Shown: piece by piece, positions 1-13,160 of the stretch
How the letters are laid out: the number at the start of each line of letters is the position of its first letter
Numbering within the stretch: position 1 is the first letter of the stretch
Source of the DNA: Basidiobolus meristosporus CBS 931.73
Lineage: Eukaryota; Fungi; Basidiobolomycota
Assembly: GCA_002104905.1 (NCBI GenBank)
Contig: MCFE01000670.1
Coordinates: 1 to 47,660 of the forward strand
DNA length: 47,660 nt
Direction: 5' to 3'
Translations under genes and position numbers: made by a program
The notes under the pieces: generated by a model
The model's database searches: none
Told to the model about the DNA's origin: nothing
What the model saw: the letters and a program-made list of their open reading frames with translations, nothing else

Positions 1-3000
1 TCCAGGTTGGATGGTGATTTATGCACAAATACCAGTGAGACAACTGTCAGATTATTGCTCTGATACTGTAAGATAGATGACAAATTCAGATTGATGAGAA
101 TCAATGGCCAGCAGGATTTGCTGGTATAGTACTTGTTTAATGAGCATCTATCAAGTGCTGAGGCAAAGGTATGGTCACACATACTTTAAAGTGGCCCTTG
201 CTTCTTAGCTGCTTGTAATGCTTGCCATCAAATATATAGGATATATTTGCGCTTGGTTGATACTGAGTGCAGTACTGTATAGCTTTTCAATATTTGTTGG
301 ACTGCATTAACTTCCTCAGATGAGGTATTACCAAAATATATCTGGAGTGTGAACCATGTTTTCCCTCAATGGTGGTGGATTCCTGACAATTTGGACACAT
401 TGCAATGGTGGCATTTTTGGATGCAAATACCATGCAACTGTTAACACATGCTGGAATCAGGACAGTCTCAGGATCATATGCTGCTAGCCGCATGACAGTT
501 GTCCACTTGTACCATACATATGGTAAGTTGCATCCCGGAATGATCTTGGCAAGGGAGTAGTAATAAATTCTCAAAGTCCCCATTACTGATATTAGTGGAA
601 ACATGCCACTTCTCTAGTCACAACATTACATCATTCAACAGTAGATAGATTACTGGGCTCACTTGGCTCCTTAAAGTATCCTGGCATTTGTTCTAACAGG
701 TGTTGTTTCATTGCATATTGAGATTTGACTGGGCTAATATGTGGTACTGTTGTTAGGGGAGATAGGCTCATAATCCATCAGTGAACCTTCTTTGTCAGAG
801 CTATCACTTGGCATGCCATATTCAGAAGGCTGAGGTTAGCCTAAAGGCATCACAAACTCATCTGACTTGGTTTGCACTAGGTGACAAAGACGGCCAGGTG
901 CCAATATAGAAGCATCAACTGGCTGGCAAGATAATGTTGGTAGAGTAGTGACTGGTGAATGGTCAAATATAACTTGTGTGGCAAAACACTGGCCGTAATC
1001 CTTGTAATACCTCCTATGCTGTCTACATGCTTCATGGCTGAGAGGCTTGCTACAATAACCACATGGTCTTTTTTTTTCTCTTACAATGTTGAGTCAAAGT
1101 AGTCTTGTTCATAGGGCAAACAGTTTGACCTTCAACTACCTAATGCTATTATATTACTTTTTGGTCAATACTCATGGGAATTTAAGACAGTCTTGTATTT
1201 GAGATATTGCACCTACATGAATGTAAGATTCAATGATGACCCACCATAGTAAGTACTATAAATAAAGTTGTGGTGCCACATACATATGAATATGTTACAC
1301 TATTTCCCCTATGGCTTGACTCACTTCAATATATATGCCGCAAAAAAATAATGCAAAGTTGTCTAGTTCCCAGCCAAGCCCCACCTCAGATGGCAGCAGA
1401 AGTAAGGTTGGACAACAGCTTGCTTTGACATTTAGTGCACAAGCAGGGCTACATTCAAAAAAGGCCATATTAACAGTGATCCCACTGAAGGTAACAGTGC
1501 AGTCTCCTCAGGCTCTCAGTCAAGTCAGCAATTGAGAACCTCTGCAGAGCCACAAGCTGACCATTATGCTCAAGCAGATGAGAATGTAGCAAATGCAGTA
1601 CCCTCAGTGGCTGTTAGGATTGAAGTGATGGCCCAGAGAAATTAAGAAATAGTCCAGAAACAGGATGAGCATATAGTACATGTAGAGCAATCAATATCCC
1701 AGGTGTAGAAAGCAGTATCTTTGCTGCTAAGAATGAACTCAAGTAGCTCAATGTTAGGGCCAAGAATTGAGCCATTTCCCAATGTAGCAGCAGAGGAAGA
1801 CTGTAAGATCTTTGAAGTACAAGAACCGTGCCCAAAGATAAAGCTCACAGAAAAATCTATCACTGTGTGGGAGGGCAACAATGTGATGTTTATATCAAAG
1901 CCTAAACATCAAAAGCATGAAAGATCTGTGAAGCCATTGAGTGCAATAATGAAGGGTGGGCTAATATTCAAGAGGCCATCAGAAGTCTAGCATGCTATCA
2001 CCTTAAGGCTGGTATACCATGGAACCATCAGGAACTTGGGGCTGAGTAGAATGCACTTGACTTGTTCCATGAGCATTATCTGGATTCAAACAGGCAAACA
2101 GATTTTGGGCCTGCATTTGTATGCTAAGAGAGTATGTTAAGAATAGCAGAAACTATCAAAGGCAGAAGAACAATGGTGCAAGGCTAAAAACTAGCAGCTT
2201 CCTCAAGACCTGTTACAAGCAGGGCTGAAACTCAAAACAAGTGGAAAAGAAACGTCAGGTTGCCAGAAGAGTGCCACCAAGGGACAAGCAGGTCAAGACA
2301 GATGCATCAGAGCAGAATTTATCAAGAAGAAAATGTTGTCCATTACAAAAGCACTCAAACAAAGTAGCAGTGGAAGACCTGGCAGTGTTAAAGGAGAAGG
2401 TAACGGGAAAAATGTCTACCCAAGCCTGAAACAGGGAGGCATGCTAAAGAAACTGCAGTTCTTGCCAATTAATGCCACAAGCCTGGAACAGACTGAATCC
2501 CATGAGAGCCAAGAAGAGTTACCAACAAGAAAACAGCTGTTTTCACAAGAGTTGGAAGCGCAGCCAGTTGAGCTACACTCCAGCCAGGTAAATGAGTTTG
2601 CAGAAAAAGGCATTTGTCTACCACAGCCTCCACATCCTCCATTGTTGATAGAGTGGAGATCCCACTGACAGACAAGGCTATGACATCAAGAGCCCAAAAG
2701 ACTACTACAATTCCTTCAGTGGAATTTTGGAACATCAATAGGCACACCAAGAGATTACAGCACTTCTTCAAAAGCAGTGCTCAAGAAAATGCACTTGAAT
2801 ATTGCTAGGATTTATTGCAAAGACTGGCAGATGAGGTGCAAGACCTTGCAGTGCTGGCTGAAGACCAGAACATTGTGGTGGTGTATAAGTCTAAGGGAGA
2901 GATATGTCCAACACTTCTCAAGTGTTTTGTGTGTGGGGTGCTCACTGGGTGCAATAACCTCTGGCAAAAGCTTGCTAGGAATACTTGGGTTTTGTCTCTA

Positions 3001-4494
3001 ATCTAACATGATGGGGAATAAAGCCACAAGCTTGTCAAGGGAAAACTATTGATCTATAATCCCCAACTTGGTTGGCATCTTAACAAAAGTATATGCTGGG
3101 TTCAGCATCCTTTGAGATGACAATGTACTAAAGCTTCCAAAGTCAAAACAACTGTAAACTCCACTGGCAGGGACTTGATAAGAATGCAGCTGTGGTCTAT
3201 AGTTACAAAGACAGAAATGTATCTTTGCCTGTACAAGAACAAACTTGGGAAAGAATCAAATATAATAAAAGATACCTACTCTGAGTATTCCTCACAAGTA
3301 GTGCCTCCAAGGTCAGTTGGCTGTCAGCATGGTTTCCTGTGAGTGTGCTGTGGTCTGGGGTTGGCAGTTCAGGTAGCAGCAGGTAGCAGTGAACACACTA
3401 ATCAACAAGCTGGTATATTGATAAAAGGGATGATGATTTATTGTTGAGCAATAGCCTCCTTTATATACTTTTCTTTTTGTCTAAGTGATCACTAAACATG
3501 TTGTTCCAGAAGGTGCCGGATATCAATAGATATCTTAATTACATCAGAATGACCTAAGAATGTTGTAAGTAGGTGCTGGAAGGTTCTAAGAGGCATAGCA
3601 CATCCAACCAATCAGGAATCAGTACTTGGAAACCTGTGTAACATACAGATACCATATATGGTATGAAAATTGTAGGGATGGTGATATGGGTTGATCATGT
3701 GTCATTGGTACCAGCATGTGTACCTGCCTAATATAGATGCACTTATTACTAGTAATCTTACATAAAGCAAGGGATAACTTATGCAATAAGGTAAGCTGGT
3801 GTGATAGTTAACCAGTTTATGGGATAGTACTGATCAGGTGAGACAAATGGGATAAAACTAAAATAAGGGTAGTAGAGAAATAGGGAAGTAGAAAATATAG
3901 CAATGAGCACATCTGTCAGTGGGTGTCACTGTGACCCCACTACAACGTGTGAGAACCAGTGAATGACAGTGTCATAAAGCTGTTGAGTTCCTGCCAAAGT
4001 TGTGGAACCAGAGTGTTACAGCAGAAATACTTATTGAGCTGTGGATTTTAATGGAATTACTTGTTGAGTGTGGGGTTGGGCTTAATGTTAGTTTAGGGTA
4101 TAGGGACTTGTATAGGTCAATACAGTTGGCAATTGAGGTACAACTTAAGTTTTAACAGAAATAATTCAATTTGTATGCATGAAAAGTAAGAGTAACAAAT
4201 GAGTCAGGAAGTAAGGAGCGCAAAAAAGAGGCAATAGCCAGTCAATGCACACAAATGTAGCAGGTGATAGATTGTCTGGAATCAGAGAGTGAGCAAATTG
4301 GCAGGGAGCCAATCAAAAGCCACTTATACATTGTTGTGATGAAAATATTGACCAAGTTTTTTGTGAAATCTGGGGTGCAATTATTTTTCAACAGTCTCTG
4401 GACAGTGTCCTGACAGAATCAGTACCTCTTAGTCACAGGACTTTAACTTTGCAACAGCCTTTTGACAGGATCATCACAATAATTTTTCATAGTG
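1..4494 (-). mobile_element. Degenerate CACTA/EnSpm-like DNA transposon, copy A (partial; transposase on minus strand at 1-~1075, divergent second ORF on plus strand from 1335)
   Basis: Minus-strand remnant IPACVNSCMVF...CPNCQES...ILVIPHLRKLMQSNKY matches the copy at 33.5-34.0 kb, which carries Tnp2-type motifs. The terminus reads CACTATG on the minus strand (TAGTG at 4490-4494). The left end is outside the window. Confidence 0.75.
2874..3944. mobile_element. ~1.07-kb solo LTR nested in the second ORF of CACTA copy A
   Basis: TGTGGTGG...CCACTACA termini, 4-bp TSD ACAT/ACGT, and host sequence rejoins across it when compared with 29.9-30.0 kb. Homologous to 30279-31345 (inverted). Confidence 0.75.
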
Positions 4495-6421
4495 GATGTA
4501 TTGGTAGTGTTGGCATTTAAATGATATTGAGTGTGGTGGCTTAATGCTTCACAGTATTTGACACACGGCACATGCTACTTTTGACAGGGTAATGCTAGAA
4601 CATATCCAGAATATGAGCAATCTTGTCTTCTTGTGGTTGTGGATGACTGAACAGTTGGACACCTTGCAATGGTGGCATTCTTTGTTATGAATGTCATGTA
4701 AATGTTGGTACATGCTTGCAGCAAGAGAGTTTTTGGGGCATATTTTACCATCTGAATGATAGTTGGTTACTTGTACCATGTACATGGTATGTTGCATCTC
4801 TGAATGACTTTGACAAGAAATAGCTGTAAATCTTCAAAGCTCCCATTGTTGCAATTGGTGAAAACATACCACTTCTCTAGCCAGAGCATCTTGTCATTCA
4901 ACAGTAAGTGGACAACTAGGCTTGTATGACTTCATATAGTATCCTTGGCTTTTTTCAACTGTTTTCATATTGTGTATTGAAATTTTGCCAGTCTCATAGA
5001 GGGTATTATGGTCCTGGAAGATAGGCACAGAATCCACAACTGAGCTCTCTTCTTTAGATCTAAAACTGTGTGGGCTATGTTTTGCATGCTGGGGTGGGCC
5101 AAAAGGTTTCATAACCACACCTAATTCAGTTTATGGAAAATATCAGATGTGGATAGTAGTTATTAAAGAAATATAAAGTAGCCAGCAAGATATTGTAGGT
5201 ACAGTGGTGACGGATGGATGCTCATATAAGACTTGTGCAGTATAACAATGGCCATGATCTTTGTAATACTTCCTATGCTGTCTGCATGCCCCATGACTGA
5301 CAGGATTATCTCAATAGCCACAAGGTCTTTTCTTTCTTCTCTCAGGGTGCTGAATGATAGTAGTCATGTCCATGTGGCAAACCTCTTGGCACTAAATAAT
5401 GTAGCAATATTATATCACCTTTTGTCAAGACTCAGGTGGATATGTGACATTCTTTTATTTATAACATTACACCTACATAAATGCAAGCTCAAGTGATGTC
5501 CTACAATAGTAAGCATGCTAAATAAAGCTGTGGCACCACATACACATAGAAATGTAGCGCTATAAAACCTTTGGTTTAACTCACTACCATATATATGCCA
5601 CCAATAAGCAAGGTTATCTGGTTCCTAACCAAACAGCAACGCAGACTGGTTCTGAGGAGCTGTTGGACAACATCTTGCTTTAACATTTGCACACTCTCAG
5701 GGAACTATCTTAAAGCCTACAGTGGAGTTTAGGATCAGCATTAGCCACAACAAGAGGTTACTGCACCTCTTTAAGAGTAGTGCTCAAGAAAATGCACTTG
5801 CATATTGTAAGGATGTATTGCAAAGACTGGCAGATGTGGTACTGGACCTTGCAATGCAGGTAAAAGAACATGATATATAGGAGCCAATAGACAAACAATG
5901 GCATAAGCCCATTGGGCTTCTGCTGAAGTCATGGGCAAAGGGCATTCTAGCAGAAACACCAAATGAATAGTGGATGTTAATGCAGCTACTTACTAGATGT
6001 GTGGGTGGACTTAATGATGGTGCTGGGAAAAGGGACCTGAATAGGTCAACAAGATCATTGATTGAATTAAATCCAATTATTGCATGGAAATAAATCAACT
6101 TGTATGCATCAAAAGTGGTATAATGGTTCTGCTAAGAAGTGACATGGTGGAAAAAGAGGCAATTTCTAGTTGATGTATGCAAATGTAGTAGATAGTTGAG
6201 TGTCTGGGATCAGGAAGTGAAAGAAATATCAGAGGACCAGGTAAACAGAGCTTGAGAGCCAATGCATTGAAAGACTTTGACTAGGTCTCAAGTTAAATAT
6301 GCATGCAATCTTTTCCAGTGGACTTTTCACAGTGTGATAGTTGCATCCATCCTTATTAGCCACAGGATATTAATTTTGTGATGGCCTGTTGGCAGGATCA
6401 TCACAGCTATTTCTCATAGGG
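4495..6421 (-). mobile_element. Degenerate CACTA-like transposon, copy B (internally deleted)
   Basis: Transposase N-terminal remnant on minus strand at ~4500-5340, second ORF remnant from ~5590, and 6080-6420 aligns with the terminal region 4140-4494 of copy A. Confidence 0.65.
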
Positions 6422-6800
6422 ATTATACCAAGGAAGGGACAAGCGCATGTGTACAAAGTTTGGGGTTGTTTAGACAACTTGAAGGAGTTTCATGTATTGG
6501 GTACCTTATATTCAGGTGGAAGTTTCCAAGTAAGTCCCAATAAGAAACTTGCTCAGGATGCACCATTACTTATAGGTAAGGATTGAGGTGACTACATTTG
6601 TTGACTATTTTGGTTTAAATACAAGTGTTCTCAACAGAAACTGCCCAGATATTGATAACTTTGAGCCAAAAGGTGCAAAATGCTTATCTATAGCCTATTT
6701 CAATAAGACTTGGGTATACAGGCTTTACAATAGCTAAGCAACAAGGCTGAACAAGTCCAGGGATCTGCTGTTTGATGAAAACCAAACTTCTTGACTGAAT
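6422..6800. mobile_element. Copia LTR fragment (inverted) plus copia post-integrase fragment
   Basis: ~6430-6590 resembles the reverse complement of the ~350-bp copia LTR. Plus-strand FEPKGAKCLSIAY...YRLYN...SRDLLFDE at ~6660-6780. Confidence 0.5.
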
Positions 6801-8027
6801 ATTACAATAGATCAATATACAGATGCAATCTAGAATGCACCAACAGCCCATAATAAATCACAGAGCTGCTATTTGTTGGATTTTTAGCAGGTATTCTGCT
6901 TGTGTACCAATGGTATTTTGCTAGTTTTCTACTGGGGAGTATGCTTTGATTTTTCAGTTGCAATCTTTGGTATCTAGTCCATACTGTGCAAGAGCAACTT
7001 GTTTTTTGGTACAGTAAACTTGTCAACACTTCAACCCCAAATTTGCTATTTTCTTCTTGCACTCTATTGCCCTGTATCTTGGCTTCCTGCCATAAGTAGA
7101 GACACTAAGTTTTTGTGCTCAATTGTATAACTAACAGCAATGGCACATTTTTCAACTCTACCAAGAGCCAGGTAATCTACTGTTGGATCAGTTTCTGTTG
7201 TAAGAGTCTCAGATTGACCTGAATATTCACCTAACTTAGTCACTGGGATCATGACCTACAAGTCTTATGGTATTCTTCCAAAATTCCTTGTTGGGACTTG
7301 GTATGTATTCACTAGTATATCAGGTACCATGGACATGACAACTCCAATATTTATCTAAGCAGCCCCAAGCTTTGTACACATATTCTTGGGACATTTCTAA
7401 GCCTATTCTGCATGCTTGTTGTCCCAAGACTATGTAAAAGTATAATTCCCACTTTTACATCCCATCAATCATTAGTTAAAATCCTATAATTCACTGGTCC
7501 TTCCAGTCACTTCTAATATCTCCATGAGTCTTACAGCAGGTTTTAAGCCTTGCACTGTCACTTTTGGCAATGTCTACTACTGCTATTACTGAAACTTTAC
7601 CTCTGCTGAACAGATGGATAGATCTTACTACCAAGTGTGGAAGATGGAGATTAAGATGATACTACAAGAAAGAGGACTTTGGCATATTGACATGGGAGAA
7701 GAATGCCTTCCTGAAAGCCTAGGAGAGGAAGCAGAAGAAAGGACAAAGTGCCTCTAGCTGCATTTGCCTCAAAGTTGCAGACAAATGGCTAATTCAATGC
7801 TCAAGAGCAAGAATGGCAAGCAATGCCTGCAAGGCATTGGAGGACACATACTAGCCATGTTCAGCTGCTAAGAAAATGTATCTTTGGCCAAAAGTCTATA
7901 CTATAATGATGCTGCCTGGAGATGAAATGAAGAATCTAACTAACACAATTACTCTATAGGCTGATGAGATGGAATCTGTGGGTGTACCAACTACTGATGT
8001 GGCTGTAATAGTTACCATCCTGAATAG

Positions 8028-8376
8028 TGTTGTAAGAGTCTTGGAGATATTGGAAGTGATTGGGAGAACAAGTAGATTATGTGGTTTTCACTTAATGATT
8101 TATTGAATGTAAAAGTAGTATTTATACTTTTACATGGTCTTGGCATAACAAGCACATAGAATAGGTTAAGGAAGGTCCCAAGAACATGCGCGCAAAGTTT
8201 GGGGCTGCTTGGACAACTTTGAGAATTTTCATGTTCTGGGTCCCTGGTATTTTGGTGAAAACATTTCAAGTAAATCCCAACAAGGAATTTGGTCAGTATT
8301 CTCTAGGATTGGAGGGTAATGATCCAAGTGACTAAGTTAGGTGAATATTTAGGTGGAATTACAAATTTTTACAACA
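8028..8376 (-). mobile_element. Solo copia LTR inserted antisense in gag
   Basis: 349 bp, TGTTGTAA...TTACAACA, perfect TSD AATAG, reverse complement of 10408-10755. Gag frame LNS|LTDRLQHL rejoins. Confidence 0.88.
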
Positions 8377-9547
8377 AATAGTCTGACAGACCGGTTGCAA
8401 CACCTTATATCAGCCCTAGAGTCCAGAACTGAAGATTTGACCTTAAATTATGTATATAGAAGGCTCCAGGATGAGCAGTTAAGAAAATCAAGTGCCAATA
8501 AGAAGAAGAAGAAAGTAATTTAATAAGCAATGCTGACCAACAAAGAAGGTACTCAAACCCTTTAGATGCAATAGTGACCTGTTTTGCAACTACTGCTGAA
8601 GGATAGGTCACACATTGGACCAGTGCCTCCAAAAGAGATATAGCCAGCAGAAAAAGCTTGAATATGGAAATACAGCCACAACTGAAGATAGAATATTCAT
8701 ATCTACTCTAAATATGACCACCAGCAAGGATTCTCAGTTTTGGTATATTGACTCTGGAGCATCTCAACACTTTACACACTAAAGGAAACTTTTTACACAA
8801 TATCACAAAACTCCAATTAAGAAGGTTTTAATGGGTAACAATAGAACACTGGACGCAGTTGGCAAAGGAACCATCAAGTTAACCTCTGCAGTAATGAAGG
8901 AAGCCAAACACTTATCTTCAAACAAGTACTCTGTGTGCCAGAAATAACCAAGAACATAATATTTGTAAGCAATGCCACAGCAGAAGGACTCAGTCTCAGC
9001 TCTGATAATTCTCAATGCAGGATCACTGATCAAAATGGTGATCATATGGCTTTGGGTATCAGAGATCAGAATCTATACAAGTCAACTTCTATTCCATCAT
9101 ATCTGGAAGCCAGTTTAAGTAACTTACATGTAGAACCAACAACGCTTTGATGCAGGAAATTTGGACACATCAACTTTGATTATTGGTGCAAATGATCAAA
9201 GATTAGCCAATTTCAGGAGTAAAAATTGATCCCCTAGCAAATTTGGAGCACAGTGAATTCTGCATTAATGGGAAAAATGCCAGAAAACTGCTCAAGAGCA
9301 CTGGGCTGATCAAAACTAAGAGAAATTAGATCTAATTCACTCAGATCTGCATGGACCTTTGCAAACTTTTTCCATAGGTGGGATGAAGTGCTTAGTCACT
9401 TCCATTGATGATTATATGATAAACATGGGGCTACTTCATGGGATAAAAGGAAGTAGCTCTGTCTATGCTGAGGGAGCGCAAAGTCATGGTGCAGAGAGAA
9501 ATCAGTGAAAAAATCAAGAAAATACACTCTGACATTGGTAGAGAATG

Positions 9548-9896
9548 TGTTGTAGTTATTGAGTTGTCACCTAAATATTCACTCTAACTTAGTCACATAG
9601 ATCTTATACTGTGATTAGCACTCTGCCCTGACCAAATTTCTTGTTGGGATTTACTTAGAATATTCTCACCAAATTGTCAGGTACCCAGATTATTATTTTT
9701 CTCAAAGTTGTCCCAAAGACCCCAAACTTTGCACACATATTCTTGGGACCTTCCTTAACAAACTCTACATGTTTGTTTCCTCCACCTGATCAAAAGTACA
9801 AATACCATACTTTTGATCAATAAATCTACAAGTGAATAACATGTAAATCCTCTTGTTCACCACATCACTTCCAATACTCCTCAGAATATTGCAACA
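9548..9896 (+). mobile_element. Solo copia LTR inserted in integrase
   Basis: 349 bp, TGTTGTAG...TTGCAACA, TSD GAATG/GAACG, similar to the other LTRs of this family. Confidence 0.75.
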
Positions 9897-11203
9897 GAAC
9901 GTACCTCATGACTCTTCATTTACATCTGCAAATTCATATGATAAAGCACAAGACTACTGTACCATACTCCCCACAGCAAAATGGAGTGGCAGAATGTGCC
10001 AACAGATCAATAACTGCTATGGCAAGATCTTTGATCCATGATCAGAAATTATCCTATGATGTTTGGGTGGAATCAGTTGCTACCACTGCATATCTCAAAA
10101 ATTGGAGTTATAGCAGAATACTTGGGCCTTTTAAAGACTTAGGTTTATGTCAAAAAACACATATTACTATGTTTCAAGATAATCAAGGATGTTAGCAAGC
10201 AGGTAGAAATCCAACTGTTCAGGCTGGAACTAAGCACATAGAGATTAGACATCATTTGATAGGTGAAGCCATAGAGAATAGCTCAGTTCACTGTCCTACC
10301 CATGAGATGCTTGCAGTCATATTTACCAGACCATTAGCTAGTGACAAATTTGAATATCTTAGGTCAAAACTAGGACTGGTCAGTATGAACATCAAGTTGA
10401 GTGGAAGTGTTGTAAAGATTTGTAATTCCATCTAAATGTTCACCTAACTTGGTAACTTAGATTATAACCTAAAAATCCTAGAGAATACTGACCAAATTCC
10501 TTGCTGGGAATTACTTTGAATATTTTTACCAAAATATCAGGTACCCAAAACATGAAAATTCTCAAAGTTGCCCAAAAGCCCCAGACTTTGCACACCAGTT
10601 CTTAGGACCTTCCCAAGCCCATTCTATGTGCTTGTTATACCACAACCATGTAAAGGTATAAATACTACTTTTACACTCAATAAATCATTAAGTGAAAACC
10701 ACATAATCTACTTATTCTCCCAATCACTTCCAATATCTCCAAGACTCTTACAACAGTTTCTGATCTTTGGATTTCTCCATGTGGCAGTCTGGTTCTGACA
10801 TAGCCAAGATTCAGATCTTTGCTTGTGAACTCAATCAGCATTGTTAGACACTGAAATTTGCCTGGCAGGCTGTTTAGCAGGGTAACCATCATGTCATTGT
10901 CAGCAACCCCAGTGCCAATGGACTTCATTTGTTCTGCAACAGAGGTGATTCAAGGAATGGATACTCTTTGCTTGCTGCATTTTGACAGTTTGTAACCTCC
11001 CTCTCAGATACTGTTTGTTTGACATCACCTTTGTTGGGTAGATTTGTTCAGGTAGATTCCAGGCTTTGGCAGCACTTTCTTCAGTATGTACACTCACCAG
11101 AGGTGAATATTGGACCTTCAAGCAGATAGCATGGGAAGACACTTGTTTCTCTCCCCCTGAACTTGGCAATAGCAACTTCGGCAATAAAAGCTTTACAACA
11201 TAC

Positions 11204-11670
11204 CCTAGGAAACGATCTTGGCCTAGGCCAGCAGAATGTGGACGGAATACCCGTAGGATCAATGATTCCCAGTTCTCGGGTGGGACACTCCCGTGGAGAA
11301 GGTCATCCATGTCATCACCAAGAAAGTCCTCTGGGGAGATATTGGCCGGCGGCTCTCAGGAATAGTGTTGATACTGGAAGTGACCGAACATTTGGTTGCC
11401 ATCCGAAGGACTCCTCCGCCCCAAGCTTTGTGCACGATTCTCCGACGCTTTTCACCCTCCATTCTGGTCATATACGCTTTACTTCAATCCGATAAGTCGC
11501 CAAGTGACGTACCGCACCTTCGTTCTTATGAATAAACCCCTAGGTGCAGGATTGATGGTGGACCTATCCCTTTTGGGGAGGACGTGACCTGGATGACCGG
11601 AAGCGGGAGGGGGTCAGGGGTAAATCTTCTCTGGGGCGAATTGATACCATCACAATACAGTACCACTCAA
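11204..11670 (-). other. Possible orphan exon(s) of a gene interrupted by the TE block
   Basis: CpG-retaining sequence; frame DDLLHGSVPPENWESLILRVFRPHSAGLGQDRFLG ends at a canonical GTATGT donor (11203). Upstream exon structure not resolved. Confidence 0.25.
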
Positions 11671-12070
11671 CACAACACAAAACAACAGTCCAAAGGCAAT
11701 GTTGCATGGGGTCAGCAAGGCTGGGCTTTAATCGATTCTAATAAGATGGATTCGGACGGGTAATAAGTGGGGTGGTATGGTCCACCAGACAGCGTCGGAC
11801 TGGGTTGGATTGGGCGGAAGGGTCTAAGGCTCAGGGTAGGTGAAGGGCGTGGGGATTCAATCCGGGGGAACGGACTTGGGAGAATCCGTCGGGTACCGCG
11901 TAGACCGCCCCCACCACCACCCACCAGGAAAAGTGAGGGGAGAGTGGGGGTTCGACGGTGAGGATTGATCGCGAACCGGGCTCAGCTTGAGGTGGGGTGG
12001 GGCGGTGGCAGGAGGGAGTGGCACCATACCACTGACCCGCGAAGATGGTCCACGAACGGGGGGACGGGGA

Positions 12071-13160
12071 TTATATACAGGAGGGGGCGCAGATCGGGTG
12101 ACGCAGGACAATCCAATGGCGTAAGATGCATTGCACACTCTCCACGAAGTAGACGTCCGGGTCGGTGAAGATTAGCCGGTGACATCGGGTGCACCGCGGG
12201 ATCAGCGCCGGGAGAGTGGGGCAGGAGGCGAAGCAGCCCCGCGGGAGTAGGGATCGGATGCAGGCGAGGGGTCGACCGGACGTTCGACGGGGTCCGGCGA
12301 GGGATTCGCGGGAAGCGAGCTGTGTGGGTGGGGACCGGTCCCCTGAGGAAGTGTGCCGGCAGTAAAAGTGGGGATCTAGAACGCAGCACCTCCCGATCAC
12401 CTGCTGGGCAAAGTAGGAAAGGGAAGGGACGTTCGGGGGGAAGGCGAAGCTCTTGCTCCGACTGGGCTCGAAGTCGTACGGCTTCACCGCGGGGTTCCCG
12501 TCCGCCCACAGTGTGTACAGGGACTCCAGCTTCCCAACGGACCCGGGTAACCAGACGAGCTTGTTCCCAGTGATGTCCAGGGTCTTCAACTTTCTCAGCC
12601 GGCCTATCTGCGTAGGGAGCCGGGACAGCCGATTTTCGTGAAGAAAGAGTTGCTCCAGATTGACGAGCCTCCCCACCTCGGCCGGCAGCGAAACGATCTG
12701 GTTATAGCCGAGGTTCAGCTCCACCAGGTTGACCAGGTGGAACAGGCCGTTAGGTAGGCAGGACAGCCTGTTATCCTCCAGCCTCAAGGCGACCAGGTTC
12801 CGAAGGTCGTCGGCGACCGGGCGCGGCAATATCTATGGGCCCATGGCGAAGAAAACATTTGAGTCACGTTGCAACTTTACTTTGGGGAGCTCAAAAAGAA
12901 GGGTTGAGCGGGAGGGGAACTCCCGAGGCCTGAAAGATACTCACCAGACGGGACAAGCCGAAGTGTGCTAGGTAGAGCGTGCCCTTGATCGGCAATGTCT
13001 CGTTGCGGACCCTTGGCCGGGTGTGGGGTCGCGAGGAGGTGACGGGGGCTGGGGCCGGGGTCGGGCGTTGTTTGTGCAGATGGGTGATGGCAAAGGTGCT
13101 TTTGTCGGAAGATTCGCGCCGCCATATTATGAGGGAATATTCAGGCGCCGCTTCAGGCAT
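12071..13160 (-). CDS. Leucine-rich repeat protein with BC-box-like and Cys-rich C-terminus (LRRC58/LRRC28-like), ~325 aa, 2 exons (13160-12945, 12832-12071)
   Basis: LRRs LxxLxLxxNxLxxLP in ORF 12071-12829. GTGAGT donor at 12944 and TAG acceptor at 12833 join the exons in frame. C-terminal VPSLSYFAQQVI and CxxC...C motifs. Confidence 0.8.

Larger units (their letters stand above)
7196..10755 (+). mobile_element. Ty1/copia LTR retrotransposon, decayed, RT region deleted
   Basis: LTRs 7196-7538 and 10408-10755 (TGTTGTAA...TTACA(G/A)CA) and a perfect 5-bp TSD GTTTC. PBS-like GGTTTTAAGCC at 7539. Remnants in copia order: gag (YQVWKMEIKMILQERGLW), protease (WYIDSGASQH), integrase (LDLIHSDLHGP; PYSPQQNGVAE), RNase H (QDNQGC...TKHIEIRHH), then a purine tract before the 3' LTR. 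Confidence 0.88.
6800..11170 (-). mobile_element. Truncated Ty1/copia gag remnant split by a younger copia insertion (pieces 10756-11170 and ~6800-7195)
   Basis: Gag-like AICLKVQYSPLVSVHTEESAAKAWNL and VTLLNSLPGKFQ. The reading GEIQRSET|DPTVDYL rejoins across the insertion at TSD GTTTC. Confidence 0.65.

Noticed and set aside
10900-11310. 136-aa ORF as a single gene
   Set aside because: Chimera of exon-like sequence, a splice donor and copia gag.
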